From Steroidobacteraceae bacterium (GTDB taxonomy: Bacteria; Pseudomonadota; Gammaproteobacteria; Steroidobacterales; Steroidobacteraceae), in the NCBI GenBank assembly GCA_044357085.1, contig JBIKVA010000001.1, forward strand, positions 11,266 to 75,265: a stretch of 64,000 nt of DNA, read 5' to 3'. Made by a program: the position numbers and the translations under genes. Below are positions 27,834 to 36,348 of this stretch, piece by piece. Below the pieces are notes generated by a model. The model made no database searches, had not been told where the DNA came from, and saw nothing but the letters and a program-made list of their open reading frames with translations. Numbering within the stretch: the stretch's first letter is position 1; each line of letters begins with the position of its first letter.

Positions 27834-28289
27834 ATGAGCATTGCAGTCACCGCCATCCATCGGCGCGTCGCGGCCTTGCGCGAGGGTCGTGATCCGACCG
27901 TCATCGCACGCCTGTCCTCGGGGTGGGCCGTGTTCGGCGAGCGTCAGTTCCTGCATGGCTACGCCTTGCTGCTGCCGGACCCGGTGGTGCCGACACTGAA
28001 CGATCTCGCGCCCGGCGGACGCGAGATGTTTCTCGCCGACATGGCACGGCTTGGCGATGCCCTGCTGGCCGTGACCGGTGCGGTGCGCATCAACTACGCG
28101 ATGTTCGGCAATCTCGAGCCGGCGCTGCATGCGCACGTCGTGCCCCGCTATCGCGACGAGCAACCGCCCCTCGACGTCGCCCATCCCTGGGCCTACGACT
28201 GGAACGCCGCGCCGGTTTTCGATCCGGCGCGCGACGCCGCCCTGCTGGCGGGTGTGCGGACGGCGCTCGATCAGTCGAGGCGCACGTAG
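27834..28289 (+). CDS. HIT-family nucleotide hydrolase/transferase-like protein
   Basis: 151 aa with the histidine-triad-like LHAHVVPR. Confidence 0.65.
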   Translation: MSIAVTAIHRRVAALREGRDPTVIARLSSGWAVFGERQFLHGYALLLPDPVVPTLNDLAPGGREMFLADMARLGDALLAVTGAVRINYAMFGNLEPALHAHVVPRYRDEQPPLDVAHPWAYDWNAAPVFDPARDAALLAGVRTALDQSRRT

Positions 28290-28738
28290 GAGAGGGGCAG
28301 AGCGGTCGTGGACTTGATGGTTTCGAGCGAGAAGCTCGCGCTCACGTCCAGCATCTCGATGGCGCCGATCAGGCGCTTGTAGACCGCGTCGTAGCCTTCG
28401 ATGTCGGGCACCACGATGCGCAGCAGGTAGTCGACATCGCCGCTCATGCGATGCAACTCGGTGACCTCCGGCAGGTCGCGTACCACCTTGGCGAAGCGCT
28501 CGTACCACGCGGCGCTGTGGCTGGGCGCCTTGATGGTGACGAACACGGTGGTGGCGACGTTCAGGGCCCGGGCATCGAGCAGCGCCACGTTACGCCGGAT
28601 CACGCCACTCTCGTGCAGGCGCTGAATGCGCCGCCAGCAGGGCGCCTTGGAGAGCCCGACGCGCTCGGCGATCTCGGCCGCGGTCAGGCTGGCATCTTTC
28701 TGCAGGACGTCGAGGATTTTCCGATCGAGCTTGTCCAT
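28271..28738 (-). CDS. Lrp/AsnC-family transcriptional regulator
   Basis: MDKLDRKILDVLQKDASLTAAEIAERVGLSKAPCWRRIQRLHESGVI... is an HTH plus RAM domain. Internal ATG of ORF 28271..28804. Confidence 0.9.
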   Translation of the reverse strand: MDKLDRKILDVLQKDASLTAAEIAERVGLSKAPCWRRIQRLHESGVIRRNVALLDARALNVATTVFVTIKAPSHSAAWYERFAKVVRDLPEVTELHRMSGDVDYLLRIVVPDIEGYDAVYKRLIGAIEMLDVSASFSLETIKSTTALPLSYVRLD

Positions 28739-28850
28739 GAGACAAAGTTTCCTGATTATTTGATTACACGAAACATTGTTGCGCAGAGCACCGGAAATAG
28801 CCACGACTTCGCAACACCGTCACCGCGCCTGCGGGCTATCTTTGACAGCC

Positions 28851-29090
28851 ATGAGCATCCTGCGGTCCTTCAGCGAGCACCCCGCCTCCGTCGGCGAAAC
28901 CTATTTCGGCCACCTCCTGCAGGCCAGCGTCTTCGGCCTGCGCATGGTGTTCGCAGGGCTGGCCTGCATCCTGCACGGCCTGTTGCCCTTCCTGTGCATC
29001 ACGACGGGCTCCGACGCCATGAAGGCGCTGCACGACGAAATGGCTGCGCGCCGTGCCCGGGCGCTCGGTCGCGGAGTCACGATCCGCTAG
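28851..29090 (+). CDS. Small (79 aa) hypothetical membrane protein divergent from the Lrp-family gene
   Basis: MSILRSFSEHPASVGETYFGHLLQASVFGLRMVFAGLACILHGLLPFLCITTGSDA... contains one or two hydrophobic helices. Resembles a conserved DUF family from memory. Confidence 0.55.
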   Translation: MSILRSFSEHPASVGETYFGHLLQASVFGLRMVFAGLACILHGLLPFLCITTGSDAMKALHDEMAARRARALGRGVTIR

Positions 29091-29124
29091 ACTGCGCGGC
29101 GGATTTACCGCCGGGACGACAGCC

Positions 29125-30351
29125 TTGGTTTCTCCAGAGATTGCGAGCCTCCCCGAGTTGCGACTGCGCCGGGGCGAAGACCGGCGCCTGCGCGCCGGGC
29201 ACCTGTGGATCTTCAGCAATGAAATCGACGCGACGGCGACGCCGCTTGCCGGCTTCGAGCCGGGTGCGCAGGTGCGTGTCGTCAGCGACCGCGGCCAACC
29301 CCTGGGGGTTGCCTACCTCAATCCCGCGACGCTGATCGCCGCTCGTATCCTGACGCGCGAGGGCGAGGCGCCGGTCGGACGTGCCTGGCTTACGGCCCGT
29401 TTGCGACAGGCTCTGGAGCTGCGCGACAGCCTGTCGCCGACGCCCCACTACCGCTGGGTTTTCGGCGAATCGGACGGGCTGCCGGGGCTCGTGCTCGACC
29501 GTTACGGCGACATCGTCGTCGGCCAGATCGGTACGCTCGGCATGGAGCGCCTCAAGGCACAGGTCGAAGCGGCGATCCGCGAGGTGCTCGCGCCAGCCGC
29601 CCTGCTGTGGAAGAACGACTCGGCCGCACGTGTTCTCGAGGGTCTGCCGCAGCACGTGGACGCGGCGTGGGGCGATCTGCCCGAGTCGGCGAGCGTGCTC
29701 GAGCACCTGCCGGCGGGGCGCACCCTGACGTTCGCGGTATCGCTGGCCGGTGGCCAGAAGACCGGCTGGTTCTATGACCAGACCTTCAATCGCAGCCTGC
29801 TGCCGCGGTTTCTCCCGCAAGGTGCAAGGGTGCTGGACGTCTGCAGCTATGCCGGCGGCTGGGCGAGCACCGCTGCAGCCTGCGGCGCCCGCGAAGTGGC
29901 CTGCGTGGATTCCTCGGCGTCCGCCCTCGAGCTCGCGGCGCGCAACGTTGCGGCAAATTCCGGTCTCGTCGCCGTCCTGCACCGCGGTGACGCCTTCGAC
30001 ATGCTCGCGGCGCTGGCGGCGGCGGGCGAGCGCTTCGATGCGGTCATCGTCGATCCGCCGGCCTTCATCAAGCGGCGCAAGGAAATCCCGCAGGGGCAGG
30101 CGGCCTACCGGAAACTCAACCAGCTCGCACTGCGCGTGCTCGAACCGGGCGGTCTGCTGGTGTCCTGCTCCTGTTCGCACCATCTCGCCAGCGACGACCT
30201 GCTCGCGGCGATACAGGGCGCGGCGCGACACGTCGATCGATTCGTGCAGGTGCTGCACGAGGGCGGGCAGTCACCCGACCATCCACGCCATCCGGCCATT
30301 CCCGAGACGCGCTATCTGAAGGCGTTTTTCTGCCGCGTCACGCGCGGGTAG
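29125..30351 (+). CDS. rlmI: Class I SAM-dependent 23S rRNA (m5C1962) methyltransferase RlmI-like (PUA + MTase)
   Basis: ...RLRAGHLWIFSNEID...QKTGWFYDQ...VLDVCSYAGGW...IVDPPAF. Start uncertain; TTG at 29125 chosen within ORF 29053..30351. Confidence 0.8.
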   Translation: MVSPEIASLPELRLRRGEDRRLRAGHLWIFSNEIDATATPLAGFEPGAQVRVVSDRGQPLGVAYLNPATLIAARILTREGEAPVGRAWLTARLRQALELRDSLSPTPHYRWVFGESDGLPGLVLDRYGDIVVGQIGTLGMERLKAQVEAAIREVLAPAALLWKNDSAARVLEGLPQHVDAAWGDLPESASVLEHLPAGRTLTFAVSLAGGQKTGWFYDQTFNRSLLPRFLPQGARVLDVCSYAGGWASTAAACGAREVACVDSSASALELAARNVAANSGLVAVLHRGDAFDMLAALAAAGERFDAVIVDPPAFIKRRKEIPQGQAAYRKLNQLALRVLEPGGLLVSCSCSHHLASDDLLAAIQGAARHVDRFVQVLHEGGQSPDHPRHPAIPETRYLKAFFCRVTRG

Positions 30352-30368
30352 CCGCTAGAATCGCGTCG

Positions 30369-31178
30369 ATGCTCGTCTATCCCGGCTTCGATCCCGTCGC
30401 CTTCGAAATCGGTCCGCTCAAGGTCCGCTGGTACGGGATCACCTACCTGCTGGCGTTCGGCGCCGCGTGGTGGCTCGCCCGCCGGCGCGCTGCCCGCTCA
30501 GGGTCGACCTGGAGCCCGGTCGATGTCGACGATTTCCTCTTCTACGCGATGCTCGGCGTCATCTTCGGCGGACGCATCGGCTACGTGCTTTTCTATGGCC
30601 TCGAGTTCTGGCAGCAGGATCCTCTCTACCCGCTGCGCATCACCGAGGGCGGCATGTCTTTCCATGGCGGGCTCGTCGGCGTGCTGGTGGCGCTCGCCGT
30701 ATTCGCGGTGCGACGGGGCCGGCATGTCGCCGATGTCTTCGATTTCGCCGCTGCCTTGCCGGGCCTCGGCATCTTCGCGGTCCGTATCGGCAACTTCATC
30801 AACGGCGAACTCTGGGGCAAGCCCGGCGAGGTGCCGTGGGCCATGTGGGTGGACGGCGTCGCGCGGCATCCGACGCAGCTCTATGAGGCCCTGCTCGAGG
30901 GGCTGCTGCTCGCGGCGGTCTTGTGGTGGTTCACCGGCAGGGAGCGGCCGCGGCTTGCACCCGCCGGTCTGTTTCTCGTGATGTATTCGCTCGGCCGGCT
31001 GACCGTCGAGTTCTGGCGTCTGCCCGATGCCCACATGGGCTATGTCGCCGGTGGTTGGCTCACCATGGGGCATCTGCTGACCTTGCCGATGCTGCTCGCG
31101 GGACTCGCCCTGCTCGTCATCGCTTATCGTCGCGGAGAGACTTCCGGCAACCGCAACGCCGCGTCGGCGGGTGCGTGA
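30369..31178 (+). CDS. lgt: Prolipoprotein diacylglyceryl transferase
   Basis: [12 protein letters not shown]...[10 protein letters not shown]...GGMSFHGGL...RHPTQLYEA motifs. Confidence 0.93.
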   Translation: MLVYPGFDPVAFEIGPLKVRWYGITYLLAFGAAWWLARRRAARSGSTWSPVDVDDFLFYAMLGVIFGGRIGYVLFYGLEFWQQDPLYPLRITEGGMSFHGGLVGVLVALAVFAVRRGRHVADVFDFAAALPGLGIFAVRIGNFINGELWGKPGEVPWAMWVDGVARHPTQLYEALLEGLLLAAVLWWFTGRERPRLAPAGLFLVMYSLGRLTVEFWRLPDAHMGYVAGGWLTMGHLLTLPMLLAGLALLVIAYRRGETSGNRNAASAGA

Positions 31179-31185
31179 GCGACTC

Positions 31186-31980
31186 GTGAGGCAGTACCAC
31201 GAGCTCATGCGCCACGTGCGCGAGCACGGCGCGCGCAAGATGGATCGTACCGGCACCGGTACGCTGTCCGTGTTCGGCTACCAGATGCGTTTCGACCTGC
31301 GCGCCGGTTTTCCGCTGGTCACGACCAAGAAGATCCACCTCAAGTCTGTGGTGCATGAACTGCTGTGGTTCCTGCGTGGCGACACCAACACGGCCTATCT
31401 GCGGGAGCAAGGCGTCACCATCTGGGACGAGTGGGCCGATGCGCAGGGCGAGCTCGGGCCGGTCTACGGCAAGCAGTGGCGGTCCTGGCCGTCTCCGGAT
31501 GGCGGCTCCATCGACCAGATCGCCGAGGTGCTGCGCCAGTTGCGCACGCAGCCCGATTCGCGGCGCATCATCGTCAGTGCCTGGAACGTGGGCGAGTTGT
31601 CGCAGATGGCGCTGATGCCCTGTCACGCCTTTTTCCAGTTCTACGTGGCCGAGGGTCGGCTGTCCTGTCAGCTCTACCAGCGCAGCGCCGACATCTTCCT
31701 GGGCGTGCCCTTCAACATCGCCTCCTATGCACTGCTCACGCACATGATCGCCGCGCAGTGCGAGCTGGCCGTGGGCGATTTCGTCTGGACGGGCGGCGAC
31801 TGCCACCTCTACCTGAACCATCTCGAACAGGCGGACCTGCAGCTGGAGCGCGAGCCCTATCCGCTGCCCGAACTCGTGATCCGGCGGCGTCCGCCGACGC
31901 TGTTCGACTACGTCTTCGAGGATTTCGAGTTCCGCAACTACCAGCACCATCCGGCGATCCGTGCGCCGGTGGCGGTCTGA
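31186..31980 (+). CDS. thyA: Thymidylate synthase (ThyA)
   Basis: [10 protein letters not shown]...[12 protein letters not shown]...[11 protein letters not shown]...[12 protein letters not shown]. The GTG at 31186 gives 264 aa, like E. coli ThyA. The ORF track starts at 31171. Confidence 0.93.
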   Translation: MRQYHELMRHVREHGARKMDRTGTGTLSVFGYQMRFDLRAGFPLVTTKKIHLKSVVHELLWFLRGDTNTAYLREQGVTIWDEWADAQGELGPVYGKQWRSWPSPDGGSIDQIAEVLRQLRTQPDSRRIIVSAWNVGELSQMALMPCHAFFQFYVAEGRLSCQLYQRSADIFLGVPFNIASYALLTHMIAAQCELAVGDFVWTGGDCHLYLNHLEQADLQLEREPYPLPELVIRRRPPTLFDYVFEDFEFRNYQHHPAIRAPVAV

Positions 31981-32022
31981 GTCCCGGTCGTTTCTTTTGT
32001 TCGCTCTCCAGGGAGACATGTC

Positions 32023-32652
32023 GTGGCGATACCCGTGATGCGCACCAGCGCGTGGATCAAGGTCCGCAATTCGAGAATCCATGGCAAGGGCGTGTTCGCC
32101 GCCAAGCGCATCCCGAAGGGGACGCGTCTCATCGAATACCTCGGCGACCGCGTGACCCATGCCCAGGCCGACGAGCGTTACGACGGGCATGATCCGAACG
32201 ACAACCATACGTTCCTGTTCATCGTCGACGCCAAGACCGTCATCGACGCCGGCGTCGGCGGCAACGCCGCACGCTTCATCAATCATTCCTGCGACGGCAA
32301 TTGCGAGTCGGTGATCGAGGACCGTCGGGTGTTCATCGAGGCGACGCGCGAGATCGCCAAGGGCGAGGAACTCGGTTACGACTACGAGATCGGCCGCGAG
32401 AAGGACGATCCGCCCAACGTCGATGAAATCTTCGCCTGTCGCTGCGGGTCGCCGAAGTGCCGTGGAACCATGCTGTGGCCCGCCGAGGATCCGCGCAAGA
32501 AGAAGTCCGCCCGCAAGAAACAGCCTGCGGGCAGGAAGACCGCATCCGCGAAGACCGCAAGCCCGAAGAAGACCCCGGCAAGCAAACCGGCAGCGCGTGA
32601 TGGAAGCGCCCGCGCGGACAACCGGCGGCCGGGCGCGCGAAAGCGCGGGTGA
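32023..32652 (+). CDS. SET-domain protein-lysine methyltransferase with Lys/Ala/Pro-rich basic C-terminal tail
   Basis: ARFINHSCDGNC, GEELGYDY and post-SET CRCGSPKCRG motifs. Tail is PRKKKSARKKQPAGRKTASAKTASPKKTPASKPAA... GGGAGA SD before the GTG at 32023. ATGA overlap with folA. Confidence 0.85.
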   Translation: MAIPVMRTSAWIKVRNSRIHGKGVFAAKRIPKGTRLIEYLGDRVTHAQADERYDGHDPNDNHTFLFIVDAKTVIDAGVGGNAARFINHSCDGNCESVIEDRRVFIEATREIAKGEELGYDYEIGREKDDPPNVDEIFACRCGSPKCRGTMLWPAEDPRKKKSARKKQPAGRKTASAKTASPKKTPASKPAARDGSARADNRRPGARKRG

Positions 32653-33155
32653 TGGTCGTCGCCCCCCGCCTCGCGCTGGTCGTGGCGGTCGCCGACAACG
32701 GAGTGATCGGCAATGCCGGCGGCTTGCCGTGGCGCTTGTCCGCGGACCTGCGGCGCTTCCGGCAGATCACGCTCGGCAAGCCGGTGGTGATGGGGCGCAA
32801 GACCTGGGAATCTTTGGGTAAACCCTTGCCGGATCGTCACAACATCGTGGTGACGCGGCAGGCGGGATTTCGCATCGACGATCCGGCGGTCAGCGTGGTC
32901 CACGACCTGGACGCCGCGATCGCCGCCGCCGGACCGGTCGAGCAGGTCATGATCATCGGCGGCGCCGAGATCTACGCGCTCGCGTTGCCGCGCGCTGCGC
33001 GTATCGAATGCACCCGGGTGCACGCCTCGGTCGAGGGCGACACCCGTTTTCCGGTGCTTGATGCGCACGATTGGCGCGAGATCGCGTGCGCGACGCACCC
33101 GGCGGACGAACGCAACCAGTATCCGATGACCTTCGTGACGCTGGAACGGCGCTGA
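32649..33155 (+). CDS. folA: Dihydrofolate reductase
   Basis: ADNGVIGNAGGLPWRL..DLRRFRQITLGKPVVMGRKTWESLG..PLPDRHNIVVT..IIGGAEIY. Confidence 0.93.
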   Translation: MMVVAPRLALVVAVADNGVIGNAGGLPWRLSADLRRFRQITLGKPVVMGRKTWESLGKPLPDRHNIVVTRQAGFRIDDPAVSVVHDLDAAIAAAGPVEQVMIIGGAEIYALALPRAARIECTRVHASVEGDTRFPVLDAHDWREIACATHPADERNQYPMTFVTLERR

Positions 33156-33170
33156 GTCGCCGGCGACGCG

Positions 33171-34700
33171 TCAGCGCGCGCGCGTCTTGATCGCGCTCGC
33201 CGCGATCCGCTGACTCCACTCCGCCGGGCCGCTCTGGTGGACCGACGTGCCGTTGGAGTCCACGGCTACCGTCACCGGCATATCCTTGACCTCGAATTCA
33301 TAGATCGCCTCCATGCCGAGATCGGCGAAGGCCACGACGCGCGAGGACTTGATCGCCTTCGAGACGAGATAGGCGGCGCCGCCCACCGCCATGAGGTAGG
33401 CCGCCTTGTGCTTGCGGATGGCCTCGATGCCGGCCGGGCCACGCTCGGCCTTGCCGATCATGGCAATGAGCCCGGTGTTGGCGAGCATCATCTCCGTGAA
33501 CTTGTCCATGCGCGTCGCCGTGGTGGGCCCGGCTGGACCCACGACCTCGTCGCGCACCGGATCGACGGGACCGACGTAGTAGATCACGCGGTTGCGGAAG
33601 TCGACGCCTGCCGGAAGACCCTGGCCGCTCGCGTAGAGATCGGCGATGCGCTTGTGGGCGGCATCCCGGCCGGTGAGCATCTTGCCGTTCAGCAGCAGTC
33701 GATCGCCTGGTTGCCAGCTCGCGACCTCCTGCGGGGTCAGTGTGTCGAGGTTGACGCGACGCGATTCGGCGGAGGGCTTCCAGTCGACCTTGGGCCAGCG
33801 CGCGAGATCGGGAGGCTCCAGCTTTGCGGGTCCGGAGCCATCGAGGCTGAAGTGCACGTGCCGCGTCGCCGCGCAGTTGGGGATCATCGCGACCGGTTTG
33901 GAGGCGGCATGTGTCGGGAAATCGAGGATCTTCACGTCGAGGATCGTCGACAAACCGCCGAGGCCCTGCGCGCCGATGCCGAGCGCGTTCACCTTGTCGT
34001 GCAGTTCGATCCGCAGTTCTTCGATCGGCGTGCGCGGTCCGCGGGTCTTGAGCTCGGCCATGTCGATCGGCTCCATCAGCGATTCCTTGGCGAGCAGCAT
34101 CGCCTTCTCGGCCGAACCGCCGATGCCGATGCCGAGCATGCCCGGCGGGCACCAGCCGGCGCCCATGGTCGGCACGGTCTTCAGCACCCAGTCGACGATG
34201 GAGTCGCTGGGGTTGAGCATCACGAACTTCGATTTGTTTTCCGAGCCGCCGCCTTTGGCGGACACCGTGATCTCGACGGTGTCACCCGGCACCATCTCGA
34301 CGTGCACCACGGCCGGCGTGTTGTCCCGGGTGTTCTTGCGGGTGAACGCCGGGTCCGCGACGATCGAGGCGCGCAGCGTGTTCTGCGGATCGAGGTAGGC
34401 GCGTCGTACGCCTTCGTTGATCATCTGTTCCAGCGTCAGCGTCGCTTCCCAGCGCACGTTCATGCCGAGCTTCACGAAGACCACCACGATGCCGGTGTCC
34501 TGGCAGATGGGCCGATGGCCCTCGGCGCACATGCGCGAGTTGGTGAGGATCTGGGCGATGGCGTCCTTGGCGGCCGGCGATTCTTCGAGCTCGTAGGCAC
34601 GTCCGAGGGACTCGATGTAGTCCATCGGGTGGTAATAGGAGATGTACTGCAGGGCGTCGGCGACGCTGTCGATCACGTCCTGCTGTCTGATGGTGCTCAT
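33171..34700 (-). CDS. fumA: Class I (Fe-S) fumarate hydratase
   Basis: MSTIRQQDVIDSVADALQYISYYHP...ICQDTGIVVVF...GGGSENKSKF... Start taken as the second Met of ORF 33171..34730. Confidence 0.9.
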   Translation of the reverse strand: MSTIRQQDVIDSVADALQYISYYHPMDYIESLGRAYELEESPAAKDAIAQILTNSRMCAEGHRPICQDTGIVVVFVKLGMNVRWEATLTLEQMINEGVRRAYLDPQNTLRASIVADPAFTRKNTRDNTPAVVHVEMVPGDTVEITVSAKGGGSENKSKFVMLNPSDSIVDWVLKTVPTMGAGWCPPGMLGIGIGGSAEKAMLLAKESLMEPIDMAELKTRGPRTPIEELRIELHDKVNALGIGAQGLGGLSTILDVKILDFPTHAASKPVAMIPNCAATRHVHFSLDGSGPAKLEPPDLARWPKVDWKPSAESRRVNLDTLTPQEVASWQPGDRLLLNGKMLTGRDAAHKRIADLYASGQGLPAGVDFRNRVIYYVGPVDPVRDEVVGPAGPTTATRMDKFTEMMLANTGLIAMIGKAERGPAGIEAIRKHKAAYLMAVGGAAYLVSKAIKSSRVVAFADLGMEAIYEFEVKDMPVTVAVDSNGTSVHQSGPAEWSQRIAASAIKTRAR

Positions 34701-34742
34701 GAGGTTACCCGTGCCTGTGTGAGCCGCCATTTTAGCCGAGGT

Positions 34743-35561
34743 TCACTCGGGCGCCTGATAGCCCGCGCAGGGGATCCGCCAGCGCGCCGGGTCTTCCAGA
34801 GAGGCCGCGGTCAGCGCCCCACCCCAGACGCACCCCGTATCGAGCGTCAGCAGTTCGGCGCGGTCGACGAGGCCGAGTGTCGACCAGTGGCCGGTGATCA
34901 GGCGCTGCGTGCGTGTCCGTCGTCCGGGGACGTCGAACCAGGGCATCCAGCCTTCCGGCTGCGAGCCCGGCGCGCCCTTCATCTTCAGGTCGATCCGCCC
35001 GTCCGCGCGGCAGAAGCGCAGACGCGTGAGGACGTTGATGACGAAACGCAGCCGGTCGTGGCCGGAAAGCTCCGCGCTCCACTGGTCGGGACGATTGCCG
35101 TACATCGATTCGAACAGCGCGCGCGGGTCGGCTCGCAGGGCCGCCTCGACCTCGCCCGCCGAAGCGAGCACGTCGTCGGCCGTCCACTCCGGTACCACGC
35201 CGGCGTGGACCATCAGGTCGTTGCCCTCGCGGACCGCCAGCGGTCGCGTGACGAGCCACTCGAGCAGCGGGTGGCGATCCGGTGCCGACAGCACTTCATC
35301 GAGCGTGTCGTCGGTGCGCAGCCGTCGACCGCTGCCGAAGGCCACGGCCAGCAGGTGCAGGTCGTGGTTGCCGAGCACCACGCGCGCGTTGTCTCCCAGG
35401 GCGCGCACGAATCGCAGCGTGCCCAGCGAGTCCGGACCGCGATTGACGAGATCGCCCACGAACCACAGCTGATCGCGATCGGCGCGGAAGCGGATTTCTT
35501 TGAGAAGTTCCCGCAGCTCGGGCAGGCAGCCCTGCAGATCGCCGATCGCGATGCGTGCCAC
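34743..35561 (-). CDS. apaH: Bis(5'-nucleosyl)-tetraphosphatase, symmetrical
   Basis: IAIGDLQGC...FVGDLVNRGPDS...VLGNHDLHLL is the metallophosphatase signature. Confidence 0.92.
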   Translation of the reverse strand: MARIAIGDLQGCLPELRELLKEIRFRADRDQLWFVGDLVNRGPDSLGTLRFVRALGDNARVVLGNHDLHLLAVAFGSGRRLRTDDTLDEVLSAPDRHPLLEWLVTRPLAVREGNDLMVHAGVVPEWTADDVLASAGEVEAALRADPRALFESMYGNRPDQWSAELSGHDRLRFVINVLTRLRFCRADGRIDLKMKGAPGSQPEGWMPWFDVPGRRTRTQRLITGHWSTLGLVDRAELLTLDTGCVWGGALTAASLEDPARWRIPCAGYQAPE

Positions 35562-35563
35562 GA

Positions 35564-36340
35564 TCAGCCCGTCTCTGGCACCGCCCGCGCGAGGGCGGCG
35601 AATTGCGCCGGGCCGAGGGTTTCGGGACGGGCGCCGGGATCGATGCCGCAGCCGCTGATCGCGTCGGCATCGAGCAAGGACCGCAGCGCATTGCGCAGCG
35701 TCTTGCGACGCTGCGAGAACGCCGCGGCCACCACCCGCGCGTAACGCGCATCTACGGCGAAGGCCGGTTGCTCGCGTACCGTGAGCCTCGCCACTGCCGA
35801 CCAGACCTTCGGTGCCGGACGGAAAGATCCCGGTCCGACATCGAACAGCGGTTCGGCGACGACCCAGGGCGCGAGCATCACCGTGAGCCGGCCGTAGGCC
35901 GCGGTGCCCGGTTCCGCGCAGATCCGGTCGATGACTTCCTTCTGCAGCATGATGTGCAGGTCGCTGATGGCGGCACGTGCCTCGAGCAGGTGGAAGAGCA
36001 GCGGCGTCGATACGTTGTAGGGCAGGTTGCCGATCACCCGCAGTCTGCGACCGCGCGTCGCGGCGAGGGCGGGGAAGTCGAACCGCAGCGCATCGGCCTC
36101 GTGCAGGACGAGGCCATGACCGCCGAATCTGGTACGCAAGTCCGCCGCCAGATCGCGGTCGATCTCTATGGCATCGAGTTGCTCGCAGACTTCCAGCAAC
36201 GGCCCGGTGAGCGCGCCGCGCCCCGGACCGATCTCGACCAGGGTCTCTCCCGGCTGCGGATTTATCGCCTCGACGATGTGAGCGATGACCTGCGTGTCAT
36301 GCAGGAAGTTCTGGCCGAAGCGCTTGCGGGCAAAAACCAT
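35564..36340 (-). CDS. rsmA: 16S rRNA (adenine1518/1519-N6)-dimethyltransferase
   Basis: RKRFGQNFLHD...VEIGPGRGALT...IGNLPYNVSTP. Confidence 0.93.
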   Translation of the reverse strand: MVFARKRFGQNFLHDTQVIAHIVEAINPQPGETLVEIGPGRGALTGPLLEVCEQLDAIEIDRDLAADLRTRFGGHGLVLHEADALRFDFPALAATRGRRLRVIGNLPYNVSTPLLFHLLEARAAISDLHIMLQKEVIDRICAEPGTAAYGRLTVMLAPWVVAEPLFDVGPGSFRPAPKVWSAVARLTVREQPAFAVDARYARVVAAAFSQRRKTLRNALRSLLDADAISGCGIDPGARPETLGPAQFAALARAVPETG

Positions 36341-36348
36341 CCGCCGGA

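Noticed and set aside
34677-34731. Apparent 1-nt frame discrepancy when hand-translating the fumarase N-terminus (GATCACGTCC|CTGCTG), which would imply a frameshift or pseudogene.
   Set aside because: The supplied ORF track gives an uninterrupted 519-aa ORF through this point, and the downstream coordinates agree. The discrepancy is most likely my own reading error at a line break. Worth a quick machine check, but not reported as a pseudogene.
34743-36340. Absence of apaG between rsmA (ksgA) and apaH, compared with E. coli surA-pdxA-ksgA-apaG-apaH.
   Set aside because: There is only a 2-nt gap and no degraded ORF. Gene-content variation in this operon is common and not informative by itself.
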